A stretch of DNA of 64,000 nt from Octopus sinensis (lineage: Eukaryota). The position numbers and the translations under genes are program-made. The notes below the pieces were generated by a model that saw only the letters and a program-made list of their open reading frames with translations, searched no databases and was not told the DNA's origin. Location: contig NC_042997.1 of NCBI RefSeq assembly GCF_006345805.1, forward strand, positions 33,542,001 through 33,606,000, in the 5' to 3' direction. Below are positions 1 to 12,405 of the stretch, piece after piece (position 1 is the stretch's first letter; each line of letters starts with the position of its first letter).

Positions 1-44
1 TAGTCACATTCAACATCACAGTGACACAGTACTACATATATTAA

Positions 45-263
45 CCCTTTAGCATTCAGATTATTCTGTCAAATATAATATTTATTCATCCATATTGTTT
101 TAAGCTAATCATGCAATTATTTCGTAGCTTTAAGATTTCGATGATGTTATCACCTGCTTTTAGATTGACATTATAGGTTGGTGTGAGATACCAAATCTGG
201 GCAGTTTTAACAGAAAACAGGTAGATTATTTGGGCCAGATATGGCCGGTTTAAACACTTAAGG
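45..263. mobile_element. TTAA-flanked (piggyBac-like) MITE, family 1
   Basis: TTAA|CCC...GGG|TTAA, about 220 bp. Related copies at 3802-4022, 25377-25598 and 32919-33139. Confidence 0.75.
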
Positions 264-1055
264 GTTAAAGACAAAATCTCATACATCACACTTTTTAGCC
301 ATGAATAACATGTGCACTAAAATCCTCAAAGCCAACACATGCTCATTGATCTTTCATGATAACCTTGCAAATATAACATTACCAGAACGTAACCCTCTTC
401 TCATTATACGAGACCATCCTCTGCTCCTTTGAATTATGTAGCTGCATAACCTATTAACATAGATTCACAACCCTTCTCCGGATATTGCCTCACCGAGTTG
501 CACCTCTTCAGCTCTGCACAGAACACTTAACCCAATTTTTCTTGGGTTAAGTGTTCTGTGTCCTCTAGGAATCCCACAAACACACACACAGGCCACATTA
601 TTCTAGTATTATTCTTAAAGATGTCAGAACTGAACATTAACTAGACTGATCTTACCAATCTGAAGGAATTTTCAATGGCCTAAGTTCTAACTTCTAAAGA
701 AAAATCAACTGAATCTCAACTCATATTCAATCCAGGTATTTAACCAGGTGCATAGAAACATGGTAGAAAGGAACAAAAGTAAATACCATTAGGCATGTGA
801 TACATGTCATTTTATCTCTTTATTAATAATGCCTTCATTAATATAATGCAATTCTATTCCACAATTCTCTGAAAGAAAAACACCCACAATCAAACAACGA
901 ATTTCTTTCTCACAAAATTTTTATCAAAAAGCGAAAGTAGTTTCTTAGCATATTCTTTGGTAAGTGCATTTGCATCTGTCCTTCCACCCAAAGTCTCTCT
1001 CTATACACACACCTCTCTAAATACATTCATGTTCTCTCTCTCTCTCTCTCTCTCT

Positions 1056-1092
<37 letters not shown>

Positions 1093-1476
1093 TTCAGATC
1101 TTTTTTATTTTTATTTTTCGCAAGCCCAAAAGTTCCAATAACCAAGTTAAACATTAAGCTTTATCAACCACATTAATTTTGTCTTCTTTCTTCCTTTTTT
1201 TCCTTTCTTTATTATATTTATTAGAGTATAGAAGAGTCAACTGTTCTTATCTACATGACTCCAAAATGAAATCATAAAGGCTTATCCTCTCAGATTATCC
1301 ATCATTATCAGGTTTTATCATGGTTCTGTTCCTTCATCTTTCTGCCGCCACAATCCACATTTCGGGAATGCACAAGTTTCTATATACACCCATACAAATG
1401 CCAATATCACTATATGCTTCTACAGAAACAGAATTTTAAAAAAATAGTGGGAAATAATCACAAATGTATTCTCCTA

Positions 1477-1660
1477 GGCGTAGGAGTGGCTGTGTGGTAA
1501 GTACTTTGCTTACCAACCACATGGTTCCAGGTTCAGTCCCACTGCGTGGCATCTTGGGCAAGTGTCTTCTGCTATAGCCCGGGCCAACCAATGCCTTGTG
1601 AGTGGATTTGGTAGACGGAAGCTGAAAGAAGCCTGTCGTATATATGTATATGTATATATG

Positions 1661-1710
<50 letters not shown>

Positions 1711-1931
1711 CGTGTATGTTTGTGTGTCTGTGTCTGTCCCCCTAGCATTGCTTGACAACCGATGCTGGTGTGTTTACGTCCCCGTCACTTAGCGGTTCGG
1801 CAAAAGAGACCGATAGAATAAGTACTGGGCTTACAAAAAGAATAAGTCCTGGGGGGTCGATTTGCTCGACTAAAGGCGGAGCTCCAGCATGGCCGCAGTC
1901 AAATGACTGAAACAAGTAAAAGAGTAAAAGA
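1477..1931 (+). mobile_element. tRNA-derived SINE family A, full length
   Basis: tRNA-like head (gtggtaag...ggttcagtccc), ccttgggcaagt CORE-like motif, internal (TA)n/(TG)n tract, second module and (aagagt)n-like tail. About 20 copies in the window. Confidence 0.88.
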
Positions 1932-2200
1932 GAAAAAAGAGTGTCAAAATAAGTTGGGAAGACACAGAGAGGAAACAACCAAGGTTATGTTGCTTTGTAT
2001 ACAACAGAGAATTGAGAATATAATTGTGTCATTTACACTAGCTCAAACAATAGAGCCATAGACACATACAAATATGTGTCCAGATTCACATGTCTACGTA
2101 CGTGCTTTGATGTCAAGGGAGCAGCAGAATGAGTTATGTTGTTTTCATTGTTGTTGCTGTGTAGCCCAAGGTCAGCACTGGTTAAACAAACTGAGCTTAT

Positions 2201-2620
2201 ACTCTTTACTCTCTTTTTTACGCTTTTACTTGTTTCAGTCATTTGACTGTGGCCATGCTGGAGCACCGCCTTTTTGTCGAGCAAATCGACCCCCAGGACT
2301 TATTCTTTGTAAGCCTAGTACTTAATTCTATCAGTCTATTTTGCCGAACCGCTAAGTTACGGGGACGTAAACACACCAGCATCGGTTGTCAAGCAATGCT
2401 AGGGGACAAACACAGACACACAAACACACACACACATACATATATAGATACATATATGCGACGGGCTACTTTCAGTTTCCGTCTACCAAGTCCACTCACA
2501 AGGCTTTAGTCGGCCCGAGGCTATAGTAGAAGTCACTTGCCCCCAAGGTGCCACGCAGTGGGACTGAACATGGAACCATGTGGTTCGTAAGCAAGCTACT
2601 TACCACACAGCCACTCCTAC
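2201..2620 (-). mobile_element. SINE family A, full length
   Basis: Reverse complement of the 1477-1931 copy. Confidence 0.88.
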
Positions 2621-3279
2621 TCACATCTCATCATAATCATAATCTAGATCTCACCAACTGGGCCTAAACTTTTAAATTATGGTAAATAAGACACAGATAT
2701 GTTGAATTCCAGAATTTTGAAAAAAAAAATTGTTTCCATTTCTTATTTCCATGATTTTAATCATGTGTTTTAAGTTACAATACTATCAACTACCTTTTCA
2801 ATACCAACCCATCTGAGACTGCTCCTGCTTCTATGATACAAATTTCCAGTTGAAACCTTCCATCAAAATTTCAGGTTAATTTATATTCCAAACACACCTT
2901 TTACTTTTTTTCCTTCATTTTCTCCCCAAAATTAATGGAAATGAAAAGCAGTGAATTTCGACAGAAATACCGTAACAAAAAGACTGAAATAGAATTTTCA
3001 CTCCTTTTTAATATTTCGCATTCATTAATAATTTAATATAAATACTGACCTCCAGTCTATTTGAAAATAATGAATATGAATGGGTTAAAACGAGAAAGAA
3101 AAAGAACTTGATTTCTACCGAGCAGAAAGTGCCATAACAATCGATTTAATCTTTTCAAGAGAACCTGAATAATGTCTTAATCTCATTTGATGATAAGGAT
3201 GACATCTAAAACCAAAGAGAAGGGGGGGGGGATTACATAGTCTTTTTTTTCTTTTTCTTTCTTTTTGTAATGCTGCGTA

Positions 3280-3600
3280 TCTCTGCAAATCTTATTAACG
3301 CTCAGTAACCTCAGTAACTCATTGTTCACTCTTCTATGCATGGTGATATCACCTCTCCGACAAATCAGACATCACTCATTCATTTCTCTTAAATGTCTGA
3401 AAATGTTTCCCCATTAAGAACCCACGTTTCTCTGTCACAAAGTATCATGTTCCAAATGCATGTATGTTTAAAACAGCCTGCTTTTTGTATGGAGAAAGAA
3501 ACCCTCTGTTGACAATAGAAGTAACAACTCTCTGGACTTCTTCCAACTCTTTCATATTCTAGCAACTGTACTTTCACTACAACCACCTTCTGTATTAAAT
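3280..3600 (-). mobile_element. Highly decayed RTE-type LINE fragment
   Basis: MILCDRETWVLN resembles the RTE MLYGSETW.L motif. Confidence 0.45.
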
Positions 3601-3650
3601 TTATCACACAGTCACATCAGACATGTCTACACAGACACACACATCATATA

Positions 3651-4099
3651 TAGGGGTGGACAAAAATAGGTATACAGTTACTTAATAGGAGTGAAATGGT
3701 GAAATATTCTTTTCATTTCTCTTTCTTTTTTAGGATAAGAGTTCTATGATTCTATGTTCTTTTAACTAATTTTTTCTACAATAAAATTTGCATAGGTTTA
3801 ACCCCTTAGCATTCAAACCGGCCATATCCGGCCAGAATATTTAACCTGTTTTATACAGAAACTGACCAGAGCTTGCCTCTTAACTCAGCCCTACCATGTC
3901 ATTCTAAAACTAAAGAAACCACACCACTGCAATCTCTAAACTACAAGAGAATACATGATTAATTCAAAACAATATAAATAAACAAACATCACATTTGAGA
4001 GAATAATCTGAACACTAAAGGGTTAAAAAAGAAATAGAGAAATGAACAGAACATTCCACACATATTAAACAACTGTATACCTATTTTTGTCCACCTTTG
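3651..4099. mobile_element. Tc1/mariner-type MITE containing a nested TTAA MITE
   Basis: About 29-bp TIRs (ggtggacaaaaataggtatacagtt core) flanked by TA; a TTAA MITE lies inside at 3802-4022. Confidence 0.78.
3802..4022. mobile_element. TTAA MITE, family 1
   Basis: TTAA|CCC...GGG|TTAA; inverted relative to the 45-263 copy. Confidence 0.75.
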
Positions 4100-4409
4100 T
4101 ATATAAATGAAGGAGCAAGAAGTATTTCCGTATTCGATGTAGTAGTTCGCTGACACACACAATTGAGATGGTATCTTGAGAACATACACCTAAGTAAATG
4201 AAGACAGGAAACTCTACCCCCAAATCTCTCAGGAGAATACTCCAATCCATTGTAGTTAGCAATTTTTAGATGAAATGTTTTGAAGCAACTATTCTGGCTT
4301 TTTGAATTCTAAATTTTCAAATACTATCAAGATCAACTTTGCCTTTAATCCTCCTGGAATTGATAAGTCATCATCATCATTGTTTGACCATGGTCGAGAC
4401 AATGGAATT

Positions 4410-4890
4410 TACCATGCTACACCAGACTTCACGGTCCTGATGAGGTGTTTGTTTGGTGTTGTTTGGTTGGGAGCTGACTCTTCTCCATCAGGTGATACCC
4501 GTCTGGTAAGATTGAGGGCATCACCGTCAATGGATGCCCTTGGAGGTGCAACGTGATCAGAGACAGGACCCGGCAAAGCAGGGGCTGGACCTACATCCGC
4601 AGGTATACCATTAGGTTTGGTTCCCTGGGGAAGAGGAACCCTGGTGCAGTTAATTGTAAATTTCATAGTCTTTTCAAATGGCTAATAATGTGTGCGCGCG
4701 CCACTACTACACACATTGGAAAGCACTGTACAACCAAGTACTAAAGAAGATCTTTCCTCCTCCATGAAACAAAGCTGTTCCCGCTGGACGTCAACCAGTA
4801 TTTCTAAGCTACGGACCGAGTGATTTATTGTAAGGTTATCTCCCTAGATAGATTGCCTTCACTACAGCTAAGTACCAGCCTCAGGTGGTA
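4410..4890 (-). mobile_element. Possible 5' leader of an RTE LINE (alternatively a host exon)
   Basis: GC-richer than its flanks, with an open Pro-rich frame (4409-4666). The minus-strand sequence gctggtacttagctgtagtgaaggcaatctatctagggaga resembles RTE 5'-end motifs as I recall them; unverified. Confidence 0.4.
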
Positions 4891-5544
4891 AACTGGCAGA
4901 ACCATCAGAGCATGGGGTGAGATACTTTGTGGTATCTGTCCCCACTCTTTGTGTCCTGAGTTCAAATTCTACTATGGACCATGATCTATTTGGATAGAAG
5001 ATTTAATCTATCACCTGGTTTAACCAGTTGGACACAAACTTTAAGCGTTGGTGAACAGAATACAGATATCTTGAATTCTACCAAGTTCCTGGGTGCTTTT
5101 GGAAAAGTTTACTCTGTTGCAAACATTTAGACAAGTCTCTGGTTTCAGGATGTTGCCTTCTACCTAGAAGTCTCAAAGGCCCTAGGAAAGATCATGGACA
5201 TTGTCCTTCTTCTTGATTAAGGGATAAAAAAAAAATTCCCTAGATGCTACCATGCTTACTTCTAACAGCTAGGTGAACTGGGGTAGCGTAGAATATATTC
5301 TACCCAGAAATATATTAAGGCTCAACCAGCAGATATGAACTCTAATCCAACAGCTAATCCTCACAGCAATATAACCTCCCAGTTTCAGCCGGTATACATG
5401 ATCTACCACTCATCTGCTAGAAATGACAGCCAAATCATTCTAAAATTACACCCTACTGTTGTAAAAGAAAAAGAACGGTGAAGAAAATGACTGGAATGCC
5501 ATATTTCACTAAAGGTCTGCTTGATCAGGATGATACACAGATAA

Positions 5545-5690
5545 GGTTTCATGGTGTAGTGGTTATCATGTCTGCTTTACACGCAGGTCGTGAGTTCGAT
5601 CCTCACCAGAACCTGTATAAACTTTTTAAATGGCGGTGCCCCAGCATGGCCACAGCTTGTGAGCTGAAACTAGATAAAAAAAAAATTTTT
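5545..5690 (+). mobile_element. tRNA-Val(TAC)-derived short SINE or tRNA pseudogene
   Basis: ggtttcatggtgtagtggttatcatgtctgctttacacgcag-gtcgtgagttcgatcctcaccagaacc closely follows eukaryotic tRNA-Val(TAC) with a short variable-loop deletion. It is followed by ggcggtgccccagcatggccacag, the family A terminal motif, and an A-rich end. Confidence 0.7.
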
Positions 5691-5740
5691 TAAATAGGAA
5701 CTAAACAAAAACCATACTCATATGTATTTTCATGCTATTC

Positions 5741-6113
5741 TTTTAGTCTTTTACTTGTTTCAGTCATGGTAAAGCACTGCCTTAAAGGATTTTAGTCAAA
5801 GAAATATACTCCAGGTCTTATTCTTTGTAAGCCTTATTCTATCGGTCTCATTTGATGAACTGTTAAGTTACAAGGACATAAACACACCAGAATCAGTTGT
5901 CAAATGAGTACGGGGTACAACACAAACACAAAGGCAAACATACACACACACACGACAGGCTTGTTTCAGTTTCCTTCGACCAAATCCATTTGCAAGGCTT
6001 TGGATGGCCCAAGGCTATAGTGGAAGACACTTGCCCCGATGTGCTATGCACTGGGACCAAACCCGGAACCACGTGGTTGGGAAGCAAGCTTCTTACAACA
6101 CAACCGCATATGC
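5741..6113 (-). mobile_element. SINE family A, diverged
   Basis: Colinear with family A, many substitutions. Confidence 0.75.
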
Positions 6114-6737
6114 TTTGATATATATATATTTTTTTTTTTAATTACATAAAACAGAATGCAAATTAACTGAGTGAAAATTAAGAGGCATATGGGTTGGCTA
6201 ATGTCCATGTTTAACTCCACCCATAAAACAGAGGAGCTATTAACAAAAGATTAAATCCATGCATGAACAAGTACGAAGCTATAGTATCAACAACGATGAA
6301 TTTCGAGATAAGTCCTTGAAGTGAAAATAGGAAATCAAAAGGTTTAAATGCAATCAATAAACCATGTCCATAATTATCCACGCTGATGATAGCTTACAAT
6401 TAGCTGGTAATATGTATTTATCACTTAAAAAAATCTCAGTCACATGGTAGGTGGAAAGAGGTTAGCTAAATGGGAAGATTACATATAAATAATCATAATA
6501 GAAAAAAAAAAAAAAGAAAAAGAAAAACACCTCACACATCAGAATATTGATTATGGATTATAGAAGCCATCCAAGATATCAAAATTTGTAAGGCCGAATA
6601 AAAGATTGCTTGTGTATGTGAGTATATACACACTATACACACACACACATATATATATACTACTGAAACACAAATTCTATTCCTTATTTGCTTTATGACT
6701 GTAAGGTCATTATTATTATTATTATTACTCTTATTAT

Positions 6738-7189
6738 TAAGGCAGCGAGCTGGCAGAACTGTTAGCACACCGGGCGAAATGCTTAGCAGTATTTTGACTT
6801 GTCTTTATGTTCTGAGTTCAAATTCTGCAGAGGTCAACTTTGCCTTTCATCCTTTTGGGGTCGATAAACTAAGTACCTATTTCTTTATTACCCACAAGGA
6901 GCTAAACACAGAGGGGACAAACAAGGACAGACATAGGTATTAAGTCGATTACATCGACCCCAGTGCGTAACTGGTACTTAATTTATCGACCCCGAAAGGA
7001 TGAAAGGCAAAGTCGACCTCGGCGGAATTTGAACTCACAACGTAACGCAGACGAAATACCGCTAAGCATTTCACCCGGCGTGCTAACGTTTCTGCCAGCA
7101 CGTCGCCAGTACCAGTTGCGTACTGTGGTTGGTCTAATTGACTGGCCCCTTCCCCCAAAATTTTGGGCCTTGTGCCTAGAGTAGAAAAG

Positions 7190-7224
<35 letters not shown>

Positions 7225-7990
7225 AAGTGGTGAGCTGGCAGAATCATTAGCATGCCAGGCAAAATGTTTAGCGGTATTTCATCTGTCTTTACGTTCTGAG
7301 TTCAAATTTCAGCAAGGTCAACTTAGCCTCTCATTCTTTTGGGGTTGATAAGTACCAGTTGGTCACTGGGGTCAAAGTAATCAACTTAACCCCTCCCCTG
7401 AAATTGCTGGCCTTATGCCAAAATTTGAAAGCATTATCATTATTATTGTTATGAAGGTGGTAAGCCAACAGAATTGTCATACTGGATTAAATGCTTAACA
7501 GCATTTCATATGTCTCTTTATGTTCTGAATTCAAAACCTGCTGAGATCAACTTTGCCTCTTATCTCTTTGGGCTTGATAAAATAAAGTATTGGTCAAGTA
7601 CCAAGGACAATGTAATTAACTTGTCCCTTCTCTTTAAAATTTCTGCCCAAAATTAAAAAAACTAAGGTTGATGTAATTGACTTCTTCTTTGTCTCAAAAA
7701 CTGCTGGCCTTGTGCCAAAATTTGAAACCATCATTATTATTATTATCATTATCATTATTATTATTATGACGAGCTGGCAGAATCATTAACACACTGGATA
7801 AAATACTTAGTAGCACTGCTTCCAGCTCTTCATGTTCTGAGTTCAAATCCTGAGTTTCATCTTTTTGAAAGTCAATAAAAATACTCGGGGTTAATGTAAT
7901 TAAGCTCCAGTATATTCAAACACTGGGGATAATATAATTGATTAAGCCCCTCCTCCAAAATTTCAGGCCTTGTGTCTATAGTAGAAAGGA
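6738..7990 (+). mobile_element. Cluster of family B SINEs (Deu/Nin-domain-like)
   Basis: Repeated gagctggcagaa heads, gcctttcatcctttcggggtcgataaattaagtaccag central motif and (ATT)n tails. A minus-strand copy (about 6876-7105) is nested in the first plus copy. Confidence 0.8.
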
Positions 7991-8217
7991 TTATTACCTC
8001 CGCCAAGGAAGGAGGTTATGTTTTCATCGGTGTTTGTCTGTCTGTCTGTCCCTCTGTGTGCAAAATAACTCAAAAAGTTGTGAACAGTATGTGATGAAAC
8101 TTGCAGTTGGTAATGATACATAGAACAGACGATAGGATTTTGGTGGTGATCTGGGAATTTCTATGGATTTTTGAAGGATTTTTCATTTGTTTTATTTACT
8201 TTACATGAAGTATTACA
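7991..8217 (+). mobile_element. Non-autonomous Helentron-like (HINE/DINE-1-like) end sequence
   Basis: TTATTACCTCCGCCAAGGAAGGAGGT start with short inverted repeat acctcc/ggaggt, a (GTCT)n microsatellite, then a conserved block (tgatgaaacttgcag). The block recurs at about 8816-8983. Confidence 0.55.
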
Positions 8218-9329
8218 ATGTTACGTTCTTTGAAGCCTTCCTCTGATTATCTCCCTTGAAAACACGTTCATGGTTTTCATATAACCTATAGTGGAGTTGT
8301 TTCCAAATTTTTATTTTCGTTTCTCTATTAGTAATTTTACTCGTGTATTTATCTTACTAGGAACTGGTGGATAAAGAGATCAAACTACATAAACAAACGG
8401 CAGCGAAACAGTTCAGAAATTAAATGACACTAACATATTCAAGGGTTGATAAAAGCAGCAGCAGAGGAGGGGGCAGTGGTAGCAACAACTGATGCTGAAC
8501 CCTTGAGGGATCATTGATACTATACTGACCACAGAGGGATGTAAAGTAGGTAGGTAGGTTTAGTTTGGTAAGTAGACAGATACCTCTTTTAAAAGTAGCT
8601 TATATTGAAGACTGTTCATACTGACCTGACTATCAGCTGAAAACAAGTGATAGTGAACTACACACACACACACAGCTCCAGTTGTGTCTAAGAATAATCT
8701 TTTCTACTATAGGCACAAGGCCTTAAATTCATCATTTTCTGAAACACTTTCACGTGCACCAGACTCACACACACCATCACTTGCAGACACAATCTTGGTT
8801 TGTCTGTCTCTCCCCGTGTGCAAAATAACTCAAAATTTTGTGAACGGTATTTGATGAAACTTGCAGGAAAAGTTGGTAATGACACATGGAACAGATGATG
8901 AAATTTTGGTAGTGATCCGGAAATTTCTGTGGATTTTTGAACGATTTTTCATTTGTTATATTTACTTTACATGAAGTATTACAGCACTTGTAGATGGGAT
9001 AGTAGGTTTCTTTTAAAAAAAGAAGTCTAGAGTTATTTGCTTAAAAGAAGCTTTTGTTTCGCTCTCTCCAAATTTCTCAGTAACATGCAGAACCATTTGT
9101 TATGGTAGTAGAAACTGTTGCACTTCATTCACAATTTCACATATTTGAATCTTGTGCTTGAAAAATATAACTCGTAAAAGAGCTTCAGTAAGACACCAGC
9201 TGATGTTACAGGGGTAACTTATCAGATAGTAGGCCTACTTTAGAAAAACATTCAACCACAGCAGTCATGCCTCCCTATAGATCTAAAAGTGTGGAGCAAC
9301 GAAAGAAAGAAAATGCAGAGTGCATGAAA

Positions 9330-10905
9330 AAGAAAAGGCAGGAAGAGGCACCAGTGGCTGCCGACAGTCGCCATGCAACTGATAGTGCACAAAAATGAAG
9401 ACATAGGGAAAATTAAACGCTGGACGCTGCCGAGACTTGCTATGCGACTGACAGTGCAAAAAGCGATGACTTAGGGAGAAGGAAGCGCCAGAGGCTGCCA
9501 AGACTCACCGTGCGTCTGACAGCACAAATAAGTAGAGACTTAAAGAGAATGAAATGCCGGAGGCTGCCGAGACTCACCGGGCGTCTGTCAGGGCAGGAAT
9601 ACACAGGTATAGGTAGCAAGAAACACAATAGGCAGCTAAGGTTCAACTGATCATAGAGAAAAACAGGATGCAAGGTCGTAGAGCAATTGGCTGAGGAAGA
9701 AAGTGCTGCAGTTTTCGTGGCTAAGATAAAGGAAAGACCAATCTATGCTTGCTGCTCTTGTCACCGACTGCATTACCGACCATCAGTTCTGGAGATGAAG
9801 GCTGAGAAATATCCCACAAACAGAAGAATTGACGACATTCTTAAAGCAAGCAGTGGAATGATAACATATGACAAATCATGGGTTTGCAACACCTGCCATT
9901 CGTCGATGAAGCATGGAAAAGTCCCAGTTCAATCATGGATCAATGGCTTGGGCCTGGGTGTAATACCATTGGCACTATCTGACCTGAGGCCTCTAGAGCT
10001 GAGACTGATCAGTCAGAGGATCCCATTTATGAAGCTTGTGGGTCTGCCAAAAGGAAGACAAAGAGCCATCCATGGTAGTGCAGCAAATATGCCATCAAAG
10101 CTACAACCTGTGGTACCATTGTTGCCGAGGCTTCCTGACACAGAAGAATTGGTAGCTCTGAAACTGAAAAGAAAGCTCTGCTACAAAGGGCATTATATGC
10201 ATGAATACATTCGGCCTAAAAAGGTGATGGAGGCATTCAACTGGTTGAAGCAGAACAACGCTTTGTATAAGGACATCATCATCATCTGCACAGACTGGGA
10301 AAATCGGTGAGAAGATGATGATCCAGAGTTGTGGGAAGCAATAGCCAAAGCCTGTCCAGAGGAGATGGAAGTTGATCAACCAGAATCCCCTGCTCCTCTG
10401 TCACCCACGCCAACTGGAAACAGTTACTGCATGCTGGAACATCTGGCTAAGAGGGACAACTTGAAGATAAAGCAGATCCCTGCGGATGGTAACTACTGCT
10501 TTCACGCTGTATCAGCATCTCTCCCTTCAGTTGGAGAGCAGAACATCGATGGGCCCGACATGCAACAAAAGCTCATTGACTATCTTGAGACAACATCTGA
10601 CAAGCATTACTACTTTGGCTTTTTACAACTTAACAACAGCCTACCCCAGTCATCTGTACATGAAACCCTAAATCAGCAGCAGAGGAGGGCCTATGACATG
10701 TATATTGATGAGCTGAGAAATGGCTCATGGGCAGACAACCTGGCAGTCCAAGGAGTTGCAGATACGTTGAATCTCAAAATCAAGGTCATCAACACTATCA
10801 CTCCTGAATGGCCACATGATATTCATCCCCGAGGACAAAGAAGTGAAAGGACAATAATAATTGGGCTGATGGGTGAGGAGCATTTTGTGGCACTAGAACG
10901 TGCCA
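9330..10905 (+). pseudogene. Decayed 5' coding region of a Helitron2/Helentron-type rolling-circle element: 23-aa repeat region, DUF6570-like Cys-rich domain, OTU-like protease
   Basis: ORF 9687-10310 has CCSCHR...WVCNTCH...P..L..L..LELRLIS.RIPFMKL...Q.AIHG...N and KLKRKL.YKGHYMHEYIRP..V..A..WLKQNN.LY. ORF 10329-11042 is in the same frame after a single TGA and has IPADGNYCFHAVS, WADNLAVQGVA and GEEHFVAL (OTU motifs). Upstream has stops and frameshifts; the 3' end is cut by a SINE at about 10905. No Rep or helicase present. Confidence 0.8.
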
Positions 10906-11181
10906 ATTCCAGTAACCCCAGACTGGCTCCTGTGCTAGTGGCACGTAAAAAGCACTATCCAAACGTCATCGATGCCAGAACTGCCCGACTGGCTACTGTG
11001 CCAGTGACATGTAAAAAGCACCCACTACACTCTTGGCATTAGGAAGGGTATCCAGATGCAGAAACATTGCCAGATCAGATTGCAGCCTAGTGCAGCTGCT
11101 GGCTCTCCAGTCCTCAGTCAAACCGTCCAATGCATGCCAGCATGGAAAACGGATGTTAAACAAAGATGGTGATGATGATAT
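10905..11181 (+). mobile_element. Repeat family C truncating the Helitron ORF
   Basis: gtggcacgtaaaaagcac units, ggaaggg(c/t)atccag core and (GAT)n tail. Confidence 0.75.
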
Positions 11182-11349
11182 CCATGGACATATATATATA
11201 TATATATGAGTGGCTGTGGTAAGTAGCTTGCTTACGAACCACATGGTTCCGGGTTCAGTCCCACTGGGCAAGTGTCTTCTACTATAGCCTCGGGCCGACC
11301 AAAGCCTTGTGAGTGGATTTAGTATACGGAAACTGAAAGAAGCCCGTCG

Positions 11350-11383
<34 letters not shown>

Positions 11384-11384
<1 letters not shown>

Positions 11385-12405
11385 TAGCAGTATCGCCCGG
11401 CGTTGCTCGGGTTGTAAGGGAAATAACTATATAAGCATTTTTAGAGAGTTATAGCCAAAAAATAGCAAAAAAATGCATTAAAAATTGAAAAAAAATTAAG
11501 GTAAATTTTTCTTTAAATCGTTGACACATCGTAGATATTTTTAGAGAGTTACTTCCCTTATATAAAAGCGAAAAAAATGCATTAAAATGGAAAAATATGA
11601 TGGTAATTTTTTTTTAAATCGTAGACTCATCGTAGACGCGCGCTAATACCCAGAAGGGCTCGTTTGTTATTCTGGGTAACTTTCTGTAAAATTATTAAAA
11701 TTTTATTCAAACATCGCTATAGAAAATGGGTTATTAGCTAATATTCAATTGGGTATACAACAAAATTTTACAATAGAATTTGTTATTCTGGGTAACTTTC
11801 TGATACCCATAATAATATTTATGGCAAAATAGGCCTTAATTTCATTTAAGGTTGTGGGAAATAACAAACTATCCTTTCTTTCGGTTTGTTTACGTTTAGC
11901 GTAATGATTTCAAATAGGCTCATTCGAAAAAGTAAATAGAATAGTCTAAGGCTTTACTCTTCTGGGAAAGTCTGTGGCTTGGTCCAGTTTCTTCAGAAAA
12001 CTCACCGAAAGGAACAGTTTTTAAATTTTCACTCCATTCAGGTACCAATTCGTTTTCTTTATCGCTGTCGGATTCACTGTTTTCACTTTAATAGCTGCAA
12101 ACTTGCAAAGACAAAGGAGGAGAAGGGTGATAGCGTCAGTGAAACAATTCGCTCCCTTTGTGTGTGTGTGCGTTTGCGTGTGGTGTAAACCAGACTAAGA
12201 AAAGCATTTGACACACACACCAGAATGTGAGTTTTCTGTAAATTTTGCTTAATTGGAGTTTAAATTTTAAAAACTGGACCTGGCATGACGCGATGCATTG
12301 TACTCTTAAAAATGCTAGGTAAATTGTAATTGAAGAAATCCTATATTGTAGATTTGTATAACTCCCAAAGGGAGGCAGATAAAATCTGCCTTTTATAATA
12401 AGAGA
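11384..12405 (-). mobile_element. Non-autonomous Helitron inserted in the (TA)n tract of a family A SINE
   Basis: Minus strand: A|TCTCTTATTATAAAAGG 5' end; 3' hairpin cccgagcaacgccggg followed by CTAG|T. Splits the SINE into head (11208-11352) and tail (12406-12680). Confidence 0.8.

Noticed and set aside
5545-5613. Functional tRNA-Val gene
   Set aside because: Variable-loop deletion, acceptor-stem mismatches and an attached SINE-type tail.
10905-11042. C-terminal extension of the OTU ORF
   Set aside because: Read-through into a family C repeat.
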